Positions 45,972-56,182 of a stretch of DNA of 64,000 bases are shown piece by piece. Numbering within the stretch: the stretch's first letter is position 1; every line of letters starts with the position of its first letter. The notes beneath the pieces are model-generated. The model made no database searches and was not told the DNA's origin. It saw only the letters and a list, made by a program, of their open reading frames with translations. A program made the position numbers and the translations under genes. The DNA is from Alphaproteobacteria bacterium (GTDB lineage: Bacteria > Pseudomonadota > Alphaproteobacteria > RF32 > CAG-239): NCBI GenBank assembly GCA_017961285.1, contig JAGCXO010000037.1:16097-80096 (forward strand), written 5' to 3'.

Positions 45972-47523
45972 AATGCTCAACATCAAGAAAATTTCTCAAT
46001 ATCCGAAAACTTTGGCTCTCGTCTTGGGAATATTAGCAACTTTTGCACTTCCTCCATATTATCAGATATGCTTTCTTTTCATATCTTTCGGGCTATTTAC
46101 TGTCTTGTTGGAAAAGTCAGAAAACAAACTTCAAGCATTTCTGCTCGGTTATTGCTTTGGAGCCGGCTTTTTTGCCATAGGTTTTTCTTGGGTTGCCAAT
46201 GCCCTGGCTTTGGATATCAAAAGCTTCGGATGGCTCATTCCCCTTGCCTTATTAGGCTCAGGTTTGTTTTTTGGGCTGTTTAGCGGCTTTGCTGCTTTCT
46301 GTAGTTCATTCTTCAAAGGCCTATATGCCAAAATCATTGCTCTTGGCGCATTTTGGGGAATATCAGAGTGGTTGCGTTCATTTATATTGACCGGATTTCC
46401 TTGGAACTTACTCGGCAGTATTTGGACATTTGATCATACATGGCTGCAAACCGTATCCTTGTTCGGTACCTACGGACTATCAGCATTAAGCGTTATCATT
46501 TTTTCTTTACCTGCTGTTTTTATAGTCAAGCCCTGCAAAAAAAATGCCGTAATATCCCTATTGACGGCTATGAGCATTTTATTATGTATGGAAATATTCG
46601 GACTTTGGAACTGTCAAAGACACGGAGAAATAAAAAATTCATCATTATCAATAAGAGTTGTCCAACCCAGCATTCCCCAAAGCCTAAAATGGGATTTTGC
46701 CAAATTGGAAGCAAACTTATATGAATATATCGCTATGTCGCAAGAAATGGGATTTGAAGGCAAGGATGTTATTATTTGGGGCGAAACCGCCAGCACATTT
46801 CCCTTAAGCATAGACCACACCCATTTTGAACAAACCAAACTTGCTGTTCCTCCTCACGGCTATTTGATAACCGGTAGTGTTGACTATTTTTCCGATTCAG
46901 ATGACCGTTGGATACCTATAAATGCCGCCCATATAATTGAGCAAGACAAAGGCATTATAAACAGTTACATAAAATCACATCTTGTTCCTTTTGGCGAATA
47001 TATTCCATTCCGCAAATTTTTACCTCAACAATTGCGCCCTATCACCAAAGTTATAACCGATTTCAAAGCCGGCGACGGAGCAAAAACCTTTTTTGTTTCC
47101 AATCTTCCTCCGTTAGGTTTGCTTATTTGCTACGAAATTATTTTTCCTCACCAAATTATCGATCAAAACAATCGCCCTGAATGGATAATCAACATGACCA
47201 ATGATGGTTGGTATGGTTTGAGTGCCGGCCCTTATCAACACTTGGCCACAGCACAACTGCGCGCCGCTGAAGAAGGAATCACAATAGTCAGAGCTGCAAA
47301 TTCAGGCATCTCTGCTCTCATTTCTCAAACCGGAAAAATAATAAAATCCGCTCCATTACACAGTAAACAAAATCTCGATTTTTATTTACCACAAAATCTT
47401 TCTTATAAAACCATATATTCAAAATATGGCAATTATACATTTTTTGCTTTTGTGTTTTTACTATCTCTTATCGCCCTGCTCGCCTCGATATTACACAAAA
47501 GCCCCAATGTAGATAATACATAA
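45961..47523 (+). CDS. lnt: Apolipoprotein N-acyltransferase
   Basis: N-terminal multi-TM region followed by a nitrilase-type domain with GLLICYEIIFP and WGE motifs. Confidence 0.9.
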   Translation: MPNKMLNIKKISQYPKTLALVLGILATFALPPYYQICFLFISFGLFTVLLEKSENKLQAFLLGYCFGAGFFAIGFSWVANALALDIKSFGWLIPLALLGSGLFFGLFSGFAAFCSSFFKGLYAKIIALGAFWGISEWLRSFILTGFPWNLLGSIWTFDHTWLQTVSLFGTYGLSALSVIIFSLPAVFIVKPCKKNAVISLLTAMSILLCMEIFGLWNCQRHGEIKNSSLSIRVVQPSIPQSLKWDFAKLEANLYEYIAMSQEMGFEGKDVIIWGETASTFPLSIDHTHFEQTKLAVPPHGYLITGSVDYFSDSDDRWIPINAAHIIEQDKGIINSYIKSHLVPFGEYIPFRKFLPQQLRPITKVITDFKAGDGAKTFFVSNLPPLGLLICYEIIFPHQIIDQNNRPEWIINMTNDGWYGLSAGPYQHLATAQLRAAEEGITIVRAANSGISALISQTGKIIKSAPLHSKQNLDFYLPQNLSYKTIYSKYGNYTFFAFVFLLSLIALLASILHKSPNVDNT

Positions 47524-47593
47524 ATAAACATTGACAAAACAAGGCTTTTATACAACGATACATACATAAAATTCTTATCGGAGATACCAAAAA

Positions 47594-48115
47594 ATGACTA
47601 CACAAAAATCCAAAAAAGCAAGCCGAGGACGCACCCCAAGCGGACAGCCTAACCCCATTGATATCCACGTCGGAAATCGCATACGTTTACGCCGCAATGT
47701 TTTGGGATGGAGCCAGGAAAAAATGGCCGAAATGTTGGGTCTTACTTTTCAACAGCTTCAAAAATATGAGCGTGGCAACAATCGTGTCAGCGCAAGCCGT
47801 TTGTGGGACATTGGCAATATCTTAAATGTTCCGATCGGCTTTTTCTTTGAAGATATGGATAAAAGTGTATCATCACAAAGCCCTCGCACATTCAGTATGC
47901 CTGCAAGCGACACCGACACTCTTTATCTGCACGAAGATACTCCGGAAATTGAACTTGACCCGATGAAAAAACAAGAAACATTGGAACTTGTAAATTCATA
48001 TTATAAAATCAATAACCGCAAAGCAGCACACTTACTTTTAGAATTGGCAATCACAATGTCTAAATCTAACTTCTCACAAAAAACACAAGATGAAGAAGAT
48101 GATGAAGACGAATAA
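47594..48115 (+). CDS. XRE-family helix-turn-helix transcriptional regulator with acidic tail
   Basis: RLRRNVLGWSQEKMAEMLGLTFQQLQKYERGNNRVSASRLWDI HTH region. The C-terminus is DEEDDEDE. Confidence 0.85.
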   Translation: MTTQKSKKASRGRTPSGQPNPIDIHVGNRIRLRRNVLGWSQEKMAEMLGLTFQQLQKYERGNNRVSASRLWDIGNILNVPIGFFFEDMDKSVSSQSPRTFSMPASDTDTLYLHEDTPEIELDPMKKQETLELVNSYYKINNRKAAHLLLELAITMSKSNFSQKTQDEEDDEDE

Positions 48116-48154
48116 TGCAATAAGCTGTTTTTTTATTCTATCTTGGAGACAATT

Positions 48155-49297
48155 ATGAGTTATTTATTTACCAGCGAAGCCGTATCCTGCGGACACCCAG
48201 ATAAAATTTGCGATCAAATTTCCGATGCAATATTAGATTTGCACCTTGCCCAAGATCCTAATGCCCACACCGCAATAGAAACCCTGGCAACGACAAACCA
48301 TGTTACCATTGCCGGCGAAACTTTAAGCAAGACCAAAATTTCTATAGACCAAATCGAAGAAGTCATTCGCGGCACCGTCAAAAATATCGGCTATGAACAA
48401 TCAGGCTTCCACTGGAAAACTCTCCGCATTGAAAATTTATTACATACCCAATCAGCCGACATTGCCGAAGGAATAAAAGACTTTGGCGCCGGAGATCAAG
48501 GAATTATGTTCGGATATGCAAAAAAAGAAACCGGATTTGACACCGAATATATGCCCTTGGCCGCATTTTTATCCAATAAAATATTGCACAATCTGCGCCT
48601 GCAAAATAACCCAGATATTTTACCGGATGCCAAAAGCCAAGTAACTGTAGAATATTCAAACGATGGCACCGCAAAAAAAGTAACCAAAATTGTCCTTTCA
48701 ACTCAACACACTGCAAAAACTCCTCTCGATAAAGTTGCCGAGATTGTAAAACCGATAATTTTTAATACAATTCCCGAAAAACTTTGCCCGCAAAAAGCAG
48801 AACTTTTGATAAATCCTGCCGGCAAATTTGTTATCGGCGGCCCAGATGGTGATACCGGTCTTACCGGACGCAAAATAATTGTTGATACCTATGGCGGTTA
48901 CGCGCCTCACGGAGGCGGTGCGTTTTCCGGCAAAGATCCGAGCAAAGTTGACCGTTCTGCTGCATATATGTTGCGCTGGTTAGCAAAAAATATTGTTGCC
49001 GCCAATCTTGCCAAAGAATGTTTATTGCAAATTTCTTATGCCATTGGCAAGGCCGAGCCACTCTCATTATATATAAATTGCAAAAACACCGCCAATACGG
49101 ATGAGAAAAAAATCTTACAATTCATTAAGAAAAATATTGATCTCACCCCAAAGGGAATTATCAAAGCTCTTGAACTGAAAAAACCGATTTATCTGCCGAC
49201 TGCAGCCTATGGACATTTTGGAAGACAAGCCGACAATTTTGGGCACTTTAGTTGGGAAAAAGAAAATCTGGTTACGGAATTTGCCCAATGCTTATAG
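48155..49297 (+). CDS. metK: S-adenosylmethionine synthase
   Basis: SEAVSCGHPDKICDQISDA, GAGDQGIMFGYA, DTYGGY and GGGAFSGKDPSKVDRSAAY motifs. ATG at 48155 follows GGAGA. Confidence 0.96.
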   Translation: MSYLFTSEAVSCGHPDKICDQISDAILDLHLAQDPNAHTAIETLATTNHVTIAGETLSKTKISIDQIEEVIRGTVKNIGYEQSGFHWKTLRIENLLHTQSADIAEGIKDFGAGDQGIMFGYAKKETGFDTEYMPLAAFLSNKILHNLRLQNNPDILPDAKSQVTVEYSNDGTAKKVTKIVLSTQHTAKTPLDKVAEIVKPIIFNTIPEKLCPQKAELLINPAGKFVIGGPDGDTGLTGRKIIVDTYGGYAPHGGGAFSGKDPSKVDRSAAYMLRWLAKNIVAANLAKECLLQISYAIGKAEPLSLYINCKNTANTDEKKILQFIKKNIDLTPKGIIKALELKKPIYLPTAAYGHFGRQADNFGHFSWEKENLVTEFAQCL

Positions 49298-50001
49298 GAG
49301 ATAAGCCCCATTTTTACGGCCGCAGACAAGGCCGCAGATTACGCAAAGCAAAATCAGCTTTAATGGATGTATTTCTACCAAGCATAAAACTTGATAGCAA
49401 AAACCCTTTATCATTTGTCGGCAAAAACCAAAAACTTTACCTCGAAATCGGCTTTGGAGACGGCGACCACCTTGCCGAGCATTCACTTAAAAACAAAGAT
49501 ATTTGTTACATTGGTGCCGAAGTTTTCAAAAATGGAGTTGCCAATTTGTTGAGCCTTATCACCGGTATCAAAACCAACGATGAAGTATCAGAACAAATAT
49601 CACTACTTTCCAATCGCACTGATAATATAAGAATTTGGGATGATGACATCAGACTGCTTTTTCCTCTGCTACCCGATGCTTGTTTGGATAAAGTTTTTTT
49701 GCTTTTTCCCGACCCGTGGCCCAAAAAACGCCATGCCAACCGCCGTTTTGTAAATCCCGAAAATTTACAAATTTTAGCACGTCTAATCAAACCAAACGGC
49801 ATATTACGCATTGCAACCGACCACACCACATACAAATTTTGGACCCTGCGCCAACTGCACAATTGCCCATATTTTGAATGGACCGCAACTTGTGGAGCAG
49901 ACTGGAAAAATCCCCCTGCAGATTGGGTGGAAACCAAATATCAAAGAAAAGCCTTGCGCGAAGGAAGAAAACCTGTTTTTTTGGATTTTCGTCGCAAATA
50001 A
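49288..50001 (+). CDS. trmB: tRNA (guanine-N7)-methyltransferase
   Basis: FYGRRQGRRLR, EIGFGDGDHL and LFPDPWPKKRH motifs. The ATG overlaps the metK stop. Confidence 0.9.
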   Translation: MLIGDKPHFYGRRQGRRLRKAKSALMDVFLPSIKLDSKNPLSFVGKNQKLYLEIGFGDGDHLAEHSLKNKDICYIGAEVFKNGVANLLSLITGIKTNDEVSEQISLLSNRTDNIRIWDDDIRLLFPLLPDACLDKVFLLFPDPWPKKRHANRRFVNPENLQILARLIKPNGILRIATDHTTYKFWTLRQLHNCPYFEWTATCGADWKNPPADWVETKYQRKALREGRKPVFLDFRRK

Positions 50002-50002
50002 C

Positions 50003-50737
50003 TTATTTTATTTTTCTTTGCTCCATATTTTCAGGAGAAACAATACCTCCCGAAACTACAAACTTCAAAGCCTCTTCCACACTCATATCTAAAAATATCA
50101 CTTCATTTCGCGGCACAAAAATCAAAAATCCGGAAGTAGGATTAGGTGTTGTAGGCACAAACACATTTATCATATCTTGCTTCAAAACATCCTTAACCTC
50201 ACCTTCCGTATCGGTGCTCACCAAGGCCAAAATCCAAATTCCTTTACGTGGATACTCAAGCAATACCACTTTTGAAAAAGCCGAAGTACTATCCGATAGA
50301 AACGTTTCAAAAACTTTTTTTAGTAATGAATAAATTGTAGAGATTAACGGAATCTTCTTAACAATCCAATCACCGAGTTTTATAAAAAACTTTCCGATAA
50401 AACCGGCAGCAAACATTCCTATAAAAGTCATAATTACAATCAGCACAATAAGTCCCAGCCCCGGAACGGTAAAAGGCAAGGTATCATAATATTCTCTGAA
50501 ACGCGGCGGCAAGAGCTTGCCAACTACATTATCTACCCAAAAAATAATCTTATATGCTACATAAAAAGTCATTGCCACCGGCGCCGTAACCAAAACACCG
50601 GTAAAGAAATAAGCTCTAAGCTTTGCCCCCAGTTTCATAAAAACTCTTTGTTCACGCGCCTGCTTCTCCTGTGAGCGCCTTATATCTTTAATTTTTCCAG
50701 CACGTTTATAAGCTTTTTTTGAATGTTTTCTTGTCAT
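50003..50737 (-). CDS. DUF502-family membrane protein
   Basis: Two TM helices with IPGLG-type and PTTPNPTSGFL motifs typical of DUF502. Confidence 0.75.
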   Translation of the reverse strand: MTRKHSKKAYKRAGKIKDIRRSQEKQAREQRVFMKLGAKLRAYFFTGVLVTAPVAMTFYVAYKIIFWVDNVVGKLLPPRFREYYDTLPFTVPGLGLIVLIVIMTFIGMFAAGFIGKFFIKLGDWIVKKIPLISTIYSLLKKVFETFLSDSTSAFSKVVLLEYPRKGIWILALVSTDTEGEVKDVLKQDMINVFVPTTPNPTSGFLIFVPRNEVIFLDMSVEEALKFVVSGGIVSPENMEQRKIK

Positions 50738-52504
50738 TTATGCCTCCATTGCATCTTCAATAATAAATTGCGCCTGATTACGTCCTTGCCAGTTATCACG
50801 ACGTAACACACCGACAAAATTAAAAGTTTTACCAACTCCGTTAATTAAAGCCTTTCCCATTTCGCTGTCTGCACATCTGAACGCCATTGCCTTAACCGAA
50901 CCTGAGTTCAGCGAAGTCAAAAAGCATCTTAAATGCCCTGCACCGACAATATCCGCCTTTTTCAAAAGAGCATTTGCCAACATCAATTTTGGTTCCGGAT
51001 TGCCGGCACCATACGGCTCCAATAACTGCAACTCATCCAACAAAGCAACATTTGCCGCCCCCGCATCAATACTGGCATCAACATCCAAAACTGGCACCAA
51101 ACTATCGGTTTGCATAGTTTCATTAACATAATTACCGACAAATTCTCTAAACTCTTCCAACTTATCTTCTTCCAAAGAAAAACCGGCTGCCATAATATGT
51201 CCGCCGCCTTTGGTCAATATTCCTTTTTCCTTTGCCGCCATAATTAAAGCTCCTAAATCAATACCGGCAATAGAACGAGCCGACCCCTTAACCTCATCAT
51301 CTTCAATTGACATAACAAATGCCGGAAGATTATATCTTTCTTTCAGCTTTCCGGCAACAATACCTATCACACCCTGATGCCAATCCTTACCATAAACAAA
51401 TGCAATCGGATATTTTTGCGGCTGTCCTTCCAAAATTTCGATTGCCTGTAACAAAACATAAGCTTCAATTTCCTTGCGTTGCGCATTAAAATTATCCAGT
51501 TCTTCAGCCAATTTTTCTGCCTGAATTTTATCTTTACAACACAAAAGTCTGCTTCCAAAAGAAGAATCTCCCACTCTTCCTCCGGCATTTATGCGCGGCC
51601 CCAACACATAACCAAGATGATAGCTTGTCATGGCTTCATTTATCGCCACTTTTTCCGCCAAAGCCGAAATTCCCAAATTCGGACACTGGCGTATAACACT
51701 CAAACCCTGTTTTACAAAAGCCCTGTTCAACCCAAGCAAAGGCACCACATCACAAACCGTTCCTAAAGCGACCAAATCAAGCCACTTCAACAAATCGACA
51801 GCTTTTCTTTCCGCAAAAAAGTTCTGCTCGCGCAAACGCCGATTGACAGCCACCACAGTCATAAAAACAACTCCTACCGCCGCCATATATTTAAGATATG
51901 GATAATCATTTTGCTCATCAAGTCTTTTCGGATTGACTAAAGCCAAAACTTTAGGTAAACGAGCCTCCGCCTCATGATGGTCCAACACAATTACCGGAAG
52001 ATTTTTTTCTGCAGCATAATCAAAAACCTCAAAAGCCGAAGTTCCGCAATCAACTGTAATCAAAAGCTCCGCACCTTGCGCCAAAAAATCATCAACCGCC
52101 TTAACACTTGGGCCATATCCCTCATCTCTTTCCGGAATATGCAACATCGGATCAACATTAAGTTCTTGCAAAAACAAGCTTAATAACGAAGAAGAAGTAG
52201 CTCCGTCAACATCATAGTCACCTATTATGGCAATTTTTTTCTTGTCAATAATGGCATTTGCAATTGTCTCGGCAGCTTTCTGCATATCTTTCATCACATA
52301 CGGATCCGGCATCAAATTTTGCATTTTAGGCGCAATAAAAGCCGCAGCTGAGTCCGCATCAATTCCTCTGGAAACCAAAATTTTTGCCAACAACAACGAA
52401 AAATTATTCTTCTGTGCCATTTGCTCAACCAAACGCTCATCAGGAGAAGAAAAATCCCAAATATTTCCGTTCAAAGATTTCGTTGTTTCAAAAATTTTTA
52501 CCAC
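50738..52504 (-). CDS. recJ: Single-stranded-DNA-specific exonuclease RecJ
   Basis: DHH motifs (IIGDYDVDGATS, VDCG, VLDHHE) and DHHA1 (GGGHIMAAG). Confidence 0.93.
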   Translation of the reverse strand: MVKIFETTKSLNGNIWDFSSPDERLVEQMAQKNNFSLLLAKILVSRGIDADSAAAFIAPKMQNLMPDPYVMKDMQKAAETIANAIIDKKKIAIIGDYDVDGATSSSLLSLFLQELNVDPMLHIPERDEGYGPSVKAVDDFLAQGAELLITVDCGTSAFEVFDYAAEKNLPVIVLDHHEAEARLPKVLALVNPKRLDEQNDYPYLKYMAAVGVVFMTVVAVNRRLREQNFFAERKAVDLLKWLDLVALGTVCDVVPLLGLNRAFVKQGLSVIRQCPNLGISALAEKVAINEAMTSYHLGYVLGPRINAGGRVGDSSFGSRLLCCKDKIQAEKLAEELDNFNAQRKEIEAYVLLQAIEILEGQPQKYPIAFVYGKDWHQGVIGIVAGKLKERYNLPAFVMSIEDDEVKGSARSIAGIDLGALIMAAKEKGILTKGGGHIMAAGFSLEEDKLEEFREFVGNYVNETMQTDSLVPVLDVDASIDAGAANVALLDELQLLEPYGAGNPEPKLMLANALLKKADIVGAGHLRCFLTSLNSGSVKAMAFRCADSEMGKALINGVGKTFNFVGVLRRDNWQGRNQAQFIIEDAMEA

Positions 52505-52516
52505 TTAGAAAATTCC

Positions 52517-53185
52517 TCAATATACAAGATAAACTTCAGCTCGACGATTTAAACGCTCACCTTCAAGCATTTTATCATTGAGCATCGGCATTGCATCAGC
52601 AAAAGCCTCTACCACAATATTTTTTTTATTCACTCCGATATTTTCCAAAACCTCGGCAACTTTTTGTGCTCTCTTCAGTGACATCTTAAAATTTATAATT
52701 TTCTGACTTTCAAAATCAGCATTTCTCGTCTTGCTTGAAGCATAACCATAAACCAAAACCTTTACATTATCATCTTTTGCTTTTTTTGCCACTTTTTGCA
52801 ACTCTGAAATATATTTATTATCAACTTCTGCACTACCGTTCTCAAACAAAATCATTGCCACCATCATATTTTTCAAACTTTGCGTATCAGGCATTTTGTT
52901 TTCTATCACAATCGGAACATTTTGATTATTGGCAACTTCACTAGTATTATCAGATTCTATTTTAACATTTGCCTGAACATCAGCCACTTTTTCATTATCA
53001 TTTTGCGCATCACTATAATTGGCATTTTCATTATCTGCCACAAAAGATTTAGTAGAATTTATCTGATGTATCGGATGATAATAAGCCCCACTGTTTTTAA
53101 TGTCATCAGCATCTTCTACCGTTGAAGCACACGCGCCCAACAACAAAAAAACTGACAAGAAATAAAAAAAACTGACTTTATGCAA
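52517..53185 (-). CDS. OmpA-like domain lipoprotein
   Basis: Lipobox LLLGAC and a C-terminal OmpA-like region (GYAS....N..LS..RA..V...L......I....FA......N......RLNRRAEV). TTG start preceded by AGGAGA. Confidence 0.7.
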   Translation of the reverse strand: MHKVSFFYFLSVFLLLGACASTVEDADDIKNSGAYYHPIHQINSTKSFVADNENANYSDAQNDNEKVADVQANVKIESDNTSEVANNQNVPIVIENKMPDTQSLKNMMVAMILFENGSAEVDNKYISELQKVAKKAKDDNVKVLVYGYASSKTRNADFESQKIINFKMSLKRAQKVAEVLENIGVNKKNIVVEAFADAMPMLNDKMLEGERLNRRAEVYLVY

Positions 53186-53240
53186 CGCATTTCTCCTTTC
53201 TTCTTATCCTCAAACATTGTTATATAGCAAAAGTTGAAGA

Positions 53241-53269
53241 TTGACAAGAGCAATTTTGTTTAGTAAGGT
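53241..53269 (+). promoter_or_regulatory. Sigma-70-like promoter
   Basis: TTGACA-N17-TAAGGT. Confidence 0.45.
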
Positions 53270-53314
53270 TAACAAAGAATTGTTAAAATCTTTATTTTCC
53301 TCGGGAGATAGAAT

Positions 53315-53878
53315 ATGTCAAAATTCGTAAAATTAGCCTTAATTATTTTAATTTTTTCCGCCTGCACAAAAGTTGTAAAAAAAGATGATTTATCAATCCT
53401 CGGACCGGAAGGTGAAAAAGTTGCCTATAAAGTAGAAATTGCCACCACCAAACAAGAACTTGAAACTGGTTTAATGAACCGTCCCGTTTTAGCTGAAGAT
53501 TCGGGCATGCTTTTTGACTTACGCCCAATCAAAGAGCCGGTTTCTATGTGGATGAAAGACACTAAAATTTCTTTGGATATGATTTTTATTGATAAAGACG
53601 GAAGCATTTTCTGGATTTACGAAAATGCAGAACCAATGTCCACAACACTCATTCTTCCGCCATACAATCCGGCCGCAGTTCTCGAAGTTAATGCCGGTGA
53701 TGCCAAGAAATATAACATCAGAGTTGGCGACGTCATCAAATACAAATGGTTTGCAAACGCAGCTCCTGTCAAAGCTGTAGCTTCCGAACCTGTTGCAGAA
53801 GCAGCAACCGAAGCTCTTACTAACGAAACTCAGGCAGAACAAACTGCCCCTGCAGAGCCTGAAATTATGACAGAATAA
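53315..53878 (+). CDS. DUF192-domain lipoprotein
   Basis: Lipobox IFSAC, GLMNR...GMLF....(V)SMWMKDT.ISLDMIFID pattern, and an A/E/P-rich tail. Confidence 0.8.
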   Translation: MSKFVKLALIILIFSACTKVVKKDDLSILGPEGEKVAYKVEIATTKQELETGLMNRPVLAEDSGMLFDLRPIKEPVSMWMKDTKISLDMIFIDKDGSIFWIYENAEPMSTTLILPPYNPAAVLEVNAGDAKKYNIRVGDVIKYKWFANAAPVKAVASEPVAEAATEALTNETQAEQTAPAEPEIMTE

Positions 53879-53900
53879 GCGTTAACATCTTCAAAACCCA

Positions 53901-53933
53901 AATAACCTCGAGATTCTCGAGGTTATTTTTTTT
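53901..53933 (+). terminator. Rho-independent terminator
   Basis: AATAACCTCGAG (53901-53912) pairs with CTCGAGGTTATT (53916-53927), followed by TTTTTT. Confidence 0.85.
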
Positions 53934-54004
53934 ACACAACAAGCACAAAAAGCCCCTTGAAAAGATAAAAAAATCTCATAAATCAAAAACAAAGGAGCAA
54001 ATGC

Positions 54005-54472
54005 ATGATATTCAAAATTATAATTTTATGTTTGCTAACTGTAGGTGCCTCTGCGACAGAACTTATTGAAAGCACAGCATCACCCCAAGATGAAACCACT
54101 ATTTTCGGAGAAGCCGCACAGCCAAACGGAACATTCAATGAATTTATGCTTGAACAACCGCAAAATGCAAACAACCCATTGGGAAATCCCATATATTACA
54201 CACCATCAGGTACCCCTGAAATATTTGCTCCGCAGGCACCGACACCACCTGCTCCACAAACAACTCCTGCCACAAACGGTGTCAGCGAAATAAGCCCGCA
54301 AAATCCATCCTTCAGCCAAATGTCGCCGCAAACCGTTGGCAACGAAATTCAGAACAAACTCTACCAATCCGGCAACCGCATTTATGACGTTCAATCATAT
54401 CCGGCAAAAGATATCGGCTACATCAATCAAAACAACCAAAACAATGCAATAACAAACTATCCGGCATATTAA
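54005..54472 (+). CDS. Secreted low-complexity (P/Q/N-rich) protein
   Basis: Signal peptide MIFKIIILCLLTVGASA. Low-complexity mature part. Its stop overlaps the stop of the convergent uppP gene by 4 nt. Confidence 0.55.
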   Translation: MIFKIIILCLLTVGASATELIESTASPQDETTIFGEAAQPNGTFNEFMLEQPQNANNPLGNPIYYTPSGTPEIFAPQAPTPPAPQTTPATNGVSEISPQNPSFSQMSPQTVGNEIQNKLYQSGNRIYDVQSYPAKDIGYINQNNQNNAITNYPAY

Positions 54473-55281
54473 AACCGCAAAACATCATAGCTGTAAAGCA
54501 ACAAAACTGTTCCCAAAATCACCCTATATACCACAAACGGCAGAAAAGTTCTGTTTTTAAGCCAATTCATCATTATCCAAATCGCGCTTAACGAAGCTGC
54601 AAAAGAAAAAACAATTCCGAGCATCACCCAATCAAAATCTTGAGCCCCGTTTTTCAACATTTGATATCCCACAAGCAAACCGGCACCTGCAATCGTCGGA
54701 ATTGAAAGCAACATACAAAACTTTGCCGCCTCTCTGCGTTCAATCCCTAAAAACCTGCTCATCGTAATTGTAATTCCCGAGCGCGAAGTCCCCGGAATCA
54801 AAGACAAACATTGCGCTAATCCGATCAAAATTGCATCAATTAAACCTATATTCTCAATTTTCCTGATTGACAACGAACATCTATCGGCAAACCAAAGCAA
54901 AATACCGAAAATCAATATATTCCAACCGATAATTTTGGTATTTCTCATCCACTCCATACCATTATTGTTCAACATCAAACCGACCATCGCCGCTGGAATA
55001 CTGGCAATTATAATCAACCAAAAAAGCTTGCATCCCTCGTTGGCAAAAGACGGCAACAACTTCTCCTTGAAAACACCTTTAACAATATTCCAAATATCCT
55101 TGGCAAAATATATCAAAACTGCAGCAATAGAACCTATATGCACTGCAACATCCATTGCCAGCCCTTGGTCTGGAAAATCAGTAAATTTAGAAACCAAAAT
55201 AAGATGCCCCGATGAACTAACCGGCAAAAACTCCGTAATTCCCTGAACTATTGATAACACTAAAACCTGCAACAAACTCAT
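54469..55281 (-). CDS. uppP: Undecaprenyl-diphosphate phosphatase
   Basis: QGITEFLPVSSSGH, PGTSRSG(I)TI and multi-TM profile. Confidence 0.93.
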   Translation of the reverse strand: MSLLQVLVLSIVQGITEFLPVSSSGHLILVSKFTDFPDQGLAMDVAVHIGSIAAVLIYFAKDIWNIVKGVFKEKLLPSFANEGCKLFWLIIIASIPAAMVGLMLNNNGMEWMRNTKIIGWNILIFGILLWFADRCSLSIRKIENIGLIDAILIGLAQCLSLIPGTSRSGITITMSRFLGIERREAAKFCMLLSIPTIAGAGLLVGYQMLKNGAQDFDWVMLGIVFSFAASLSAIWIMMNWLKNRTFLPFVVYRVILGTVLLLYSYDVLRF

Positions 55282-55282
55282 T

Positions 55283-56182
55283 TTATTCTCCCATATATTT
55301 GCCGTCTATTTGTTGACATCTCTTGCTGTTTATATCCAGCAACGACTGAGGACGAAAACGCACATTATTTAAGGATGCTCCCCAGTGCAAATGCGGGCCG
55401 GTTGCCCGACCGGTTTTACCAACCAAACCGATAATATCACCTTGTTTGACAATATCACCCTCTTTCACTTTACTTTCTTTAAGGTGTGCATAAATAGTCT
55501 GCAACCCCTGCCCGTGATCAATAATTACCATATTGCCGGTATAAAAATAATCTTTACCGCTCAATATAACCTCTCCATCACCCGAAGCCTTGACCGGAGT
55601 TCCTTCCGGTGCGGCAATATCTGCTCCGGTATGAGGGCTCTTTGGAATTCCGTTAAAAATTCTTTGATTGCCGAAACTTCCGCTGAGACGTCCCTCAACC
55701 GGCAGAATAAATCCTTTTTGCCAATAATTATTGTTAGCAAAATGTGTCAGCGAACGACCAACATCTTTTTGTTCACGCAAAATCTCTGCATCATGGCTTT
55801 TATCCGGGGTCACTTTTGATTGAGCAACTCCTTCTATACGTTGTATATCCCACTTTGTAGGCTCAATCTGCAATTCATAAAATGTCCCGGCATCTGTCAA
55901 AGGATAACTTCCGAGGGTAACTATTGCGGGAGCATCACGATGAAACGCCACCAAAGCCACACCATCTGATGTAAATTTATAATCTTTTGTATTTTTATGT
56001 TTATAATTACCGTCAGACAATTTATCCATCCCAACTCCGCTAAACAACGTCAGCGTTTTTGAGTTGATATCTTTGAGCAAAACCAATTCTCCCTGTTTCA
56101 GTTCTCCGCATATCTCAAGTGCATACACAGGGCGAATAAACAACAAACTACAAATTATCAAACAAGTCGCCTTGCAATTCAT
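55283..56182 (-). CDS. M23-family metallopeptidase
   Basis: Signal peptide. HTGADIAAPEGTPV, IIDHGQGLQTIYAHL and GPHLHWG motifs. Confidence 0.9.
   Translation of the reverse strand: MNCKATCLIICSLLFIRPVYALEICGELKQGELVLLKDINSKTLTLFSGVGMDKLSDGNYKHKNTKDYKFTSDGVALVAFHRDAPAIVTLGSYPLTDAGTFYELQIEPTKWDIQRIEGVAQSKVTPDKSHDAEILREQKDVGRSLTHFANNNYWQKGFILPVEGRLSGSFGNQRIFNGIPKSPHTGADIAAPEGTPVKASGDGEVILSGKDYFYTGNMVIIDHGQGLQTIYAHLKESKVKEGDIVKQGDIIGLVGKTGRATGPHLHWGASLNNVRFRPQSLLDINSKRCQQIDGKYMGE

Noticed and set aside
48116-48154. Looked for a SAM riboswitch upstream of metK.
   Set aside because: Only about 40 nt separate the XRE gene stop from the metK start. That is too short, and no SAM-II or SAM-V-like pseudoknot sequence is visible.
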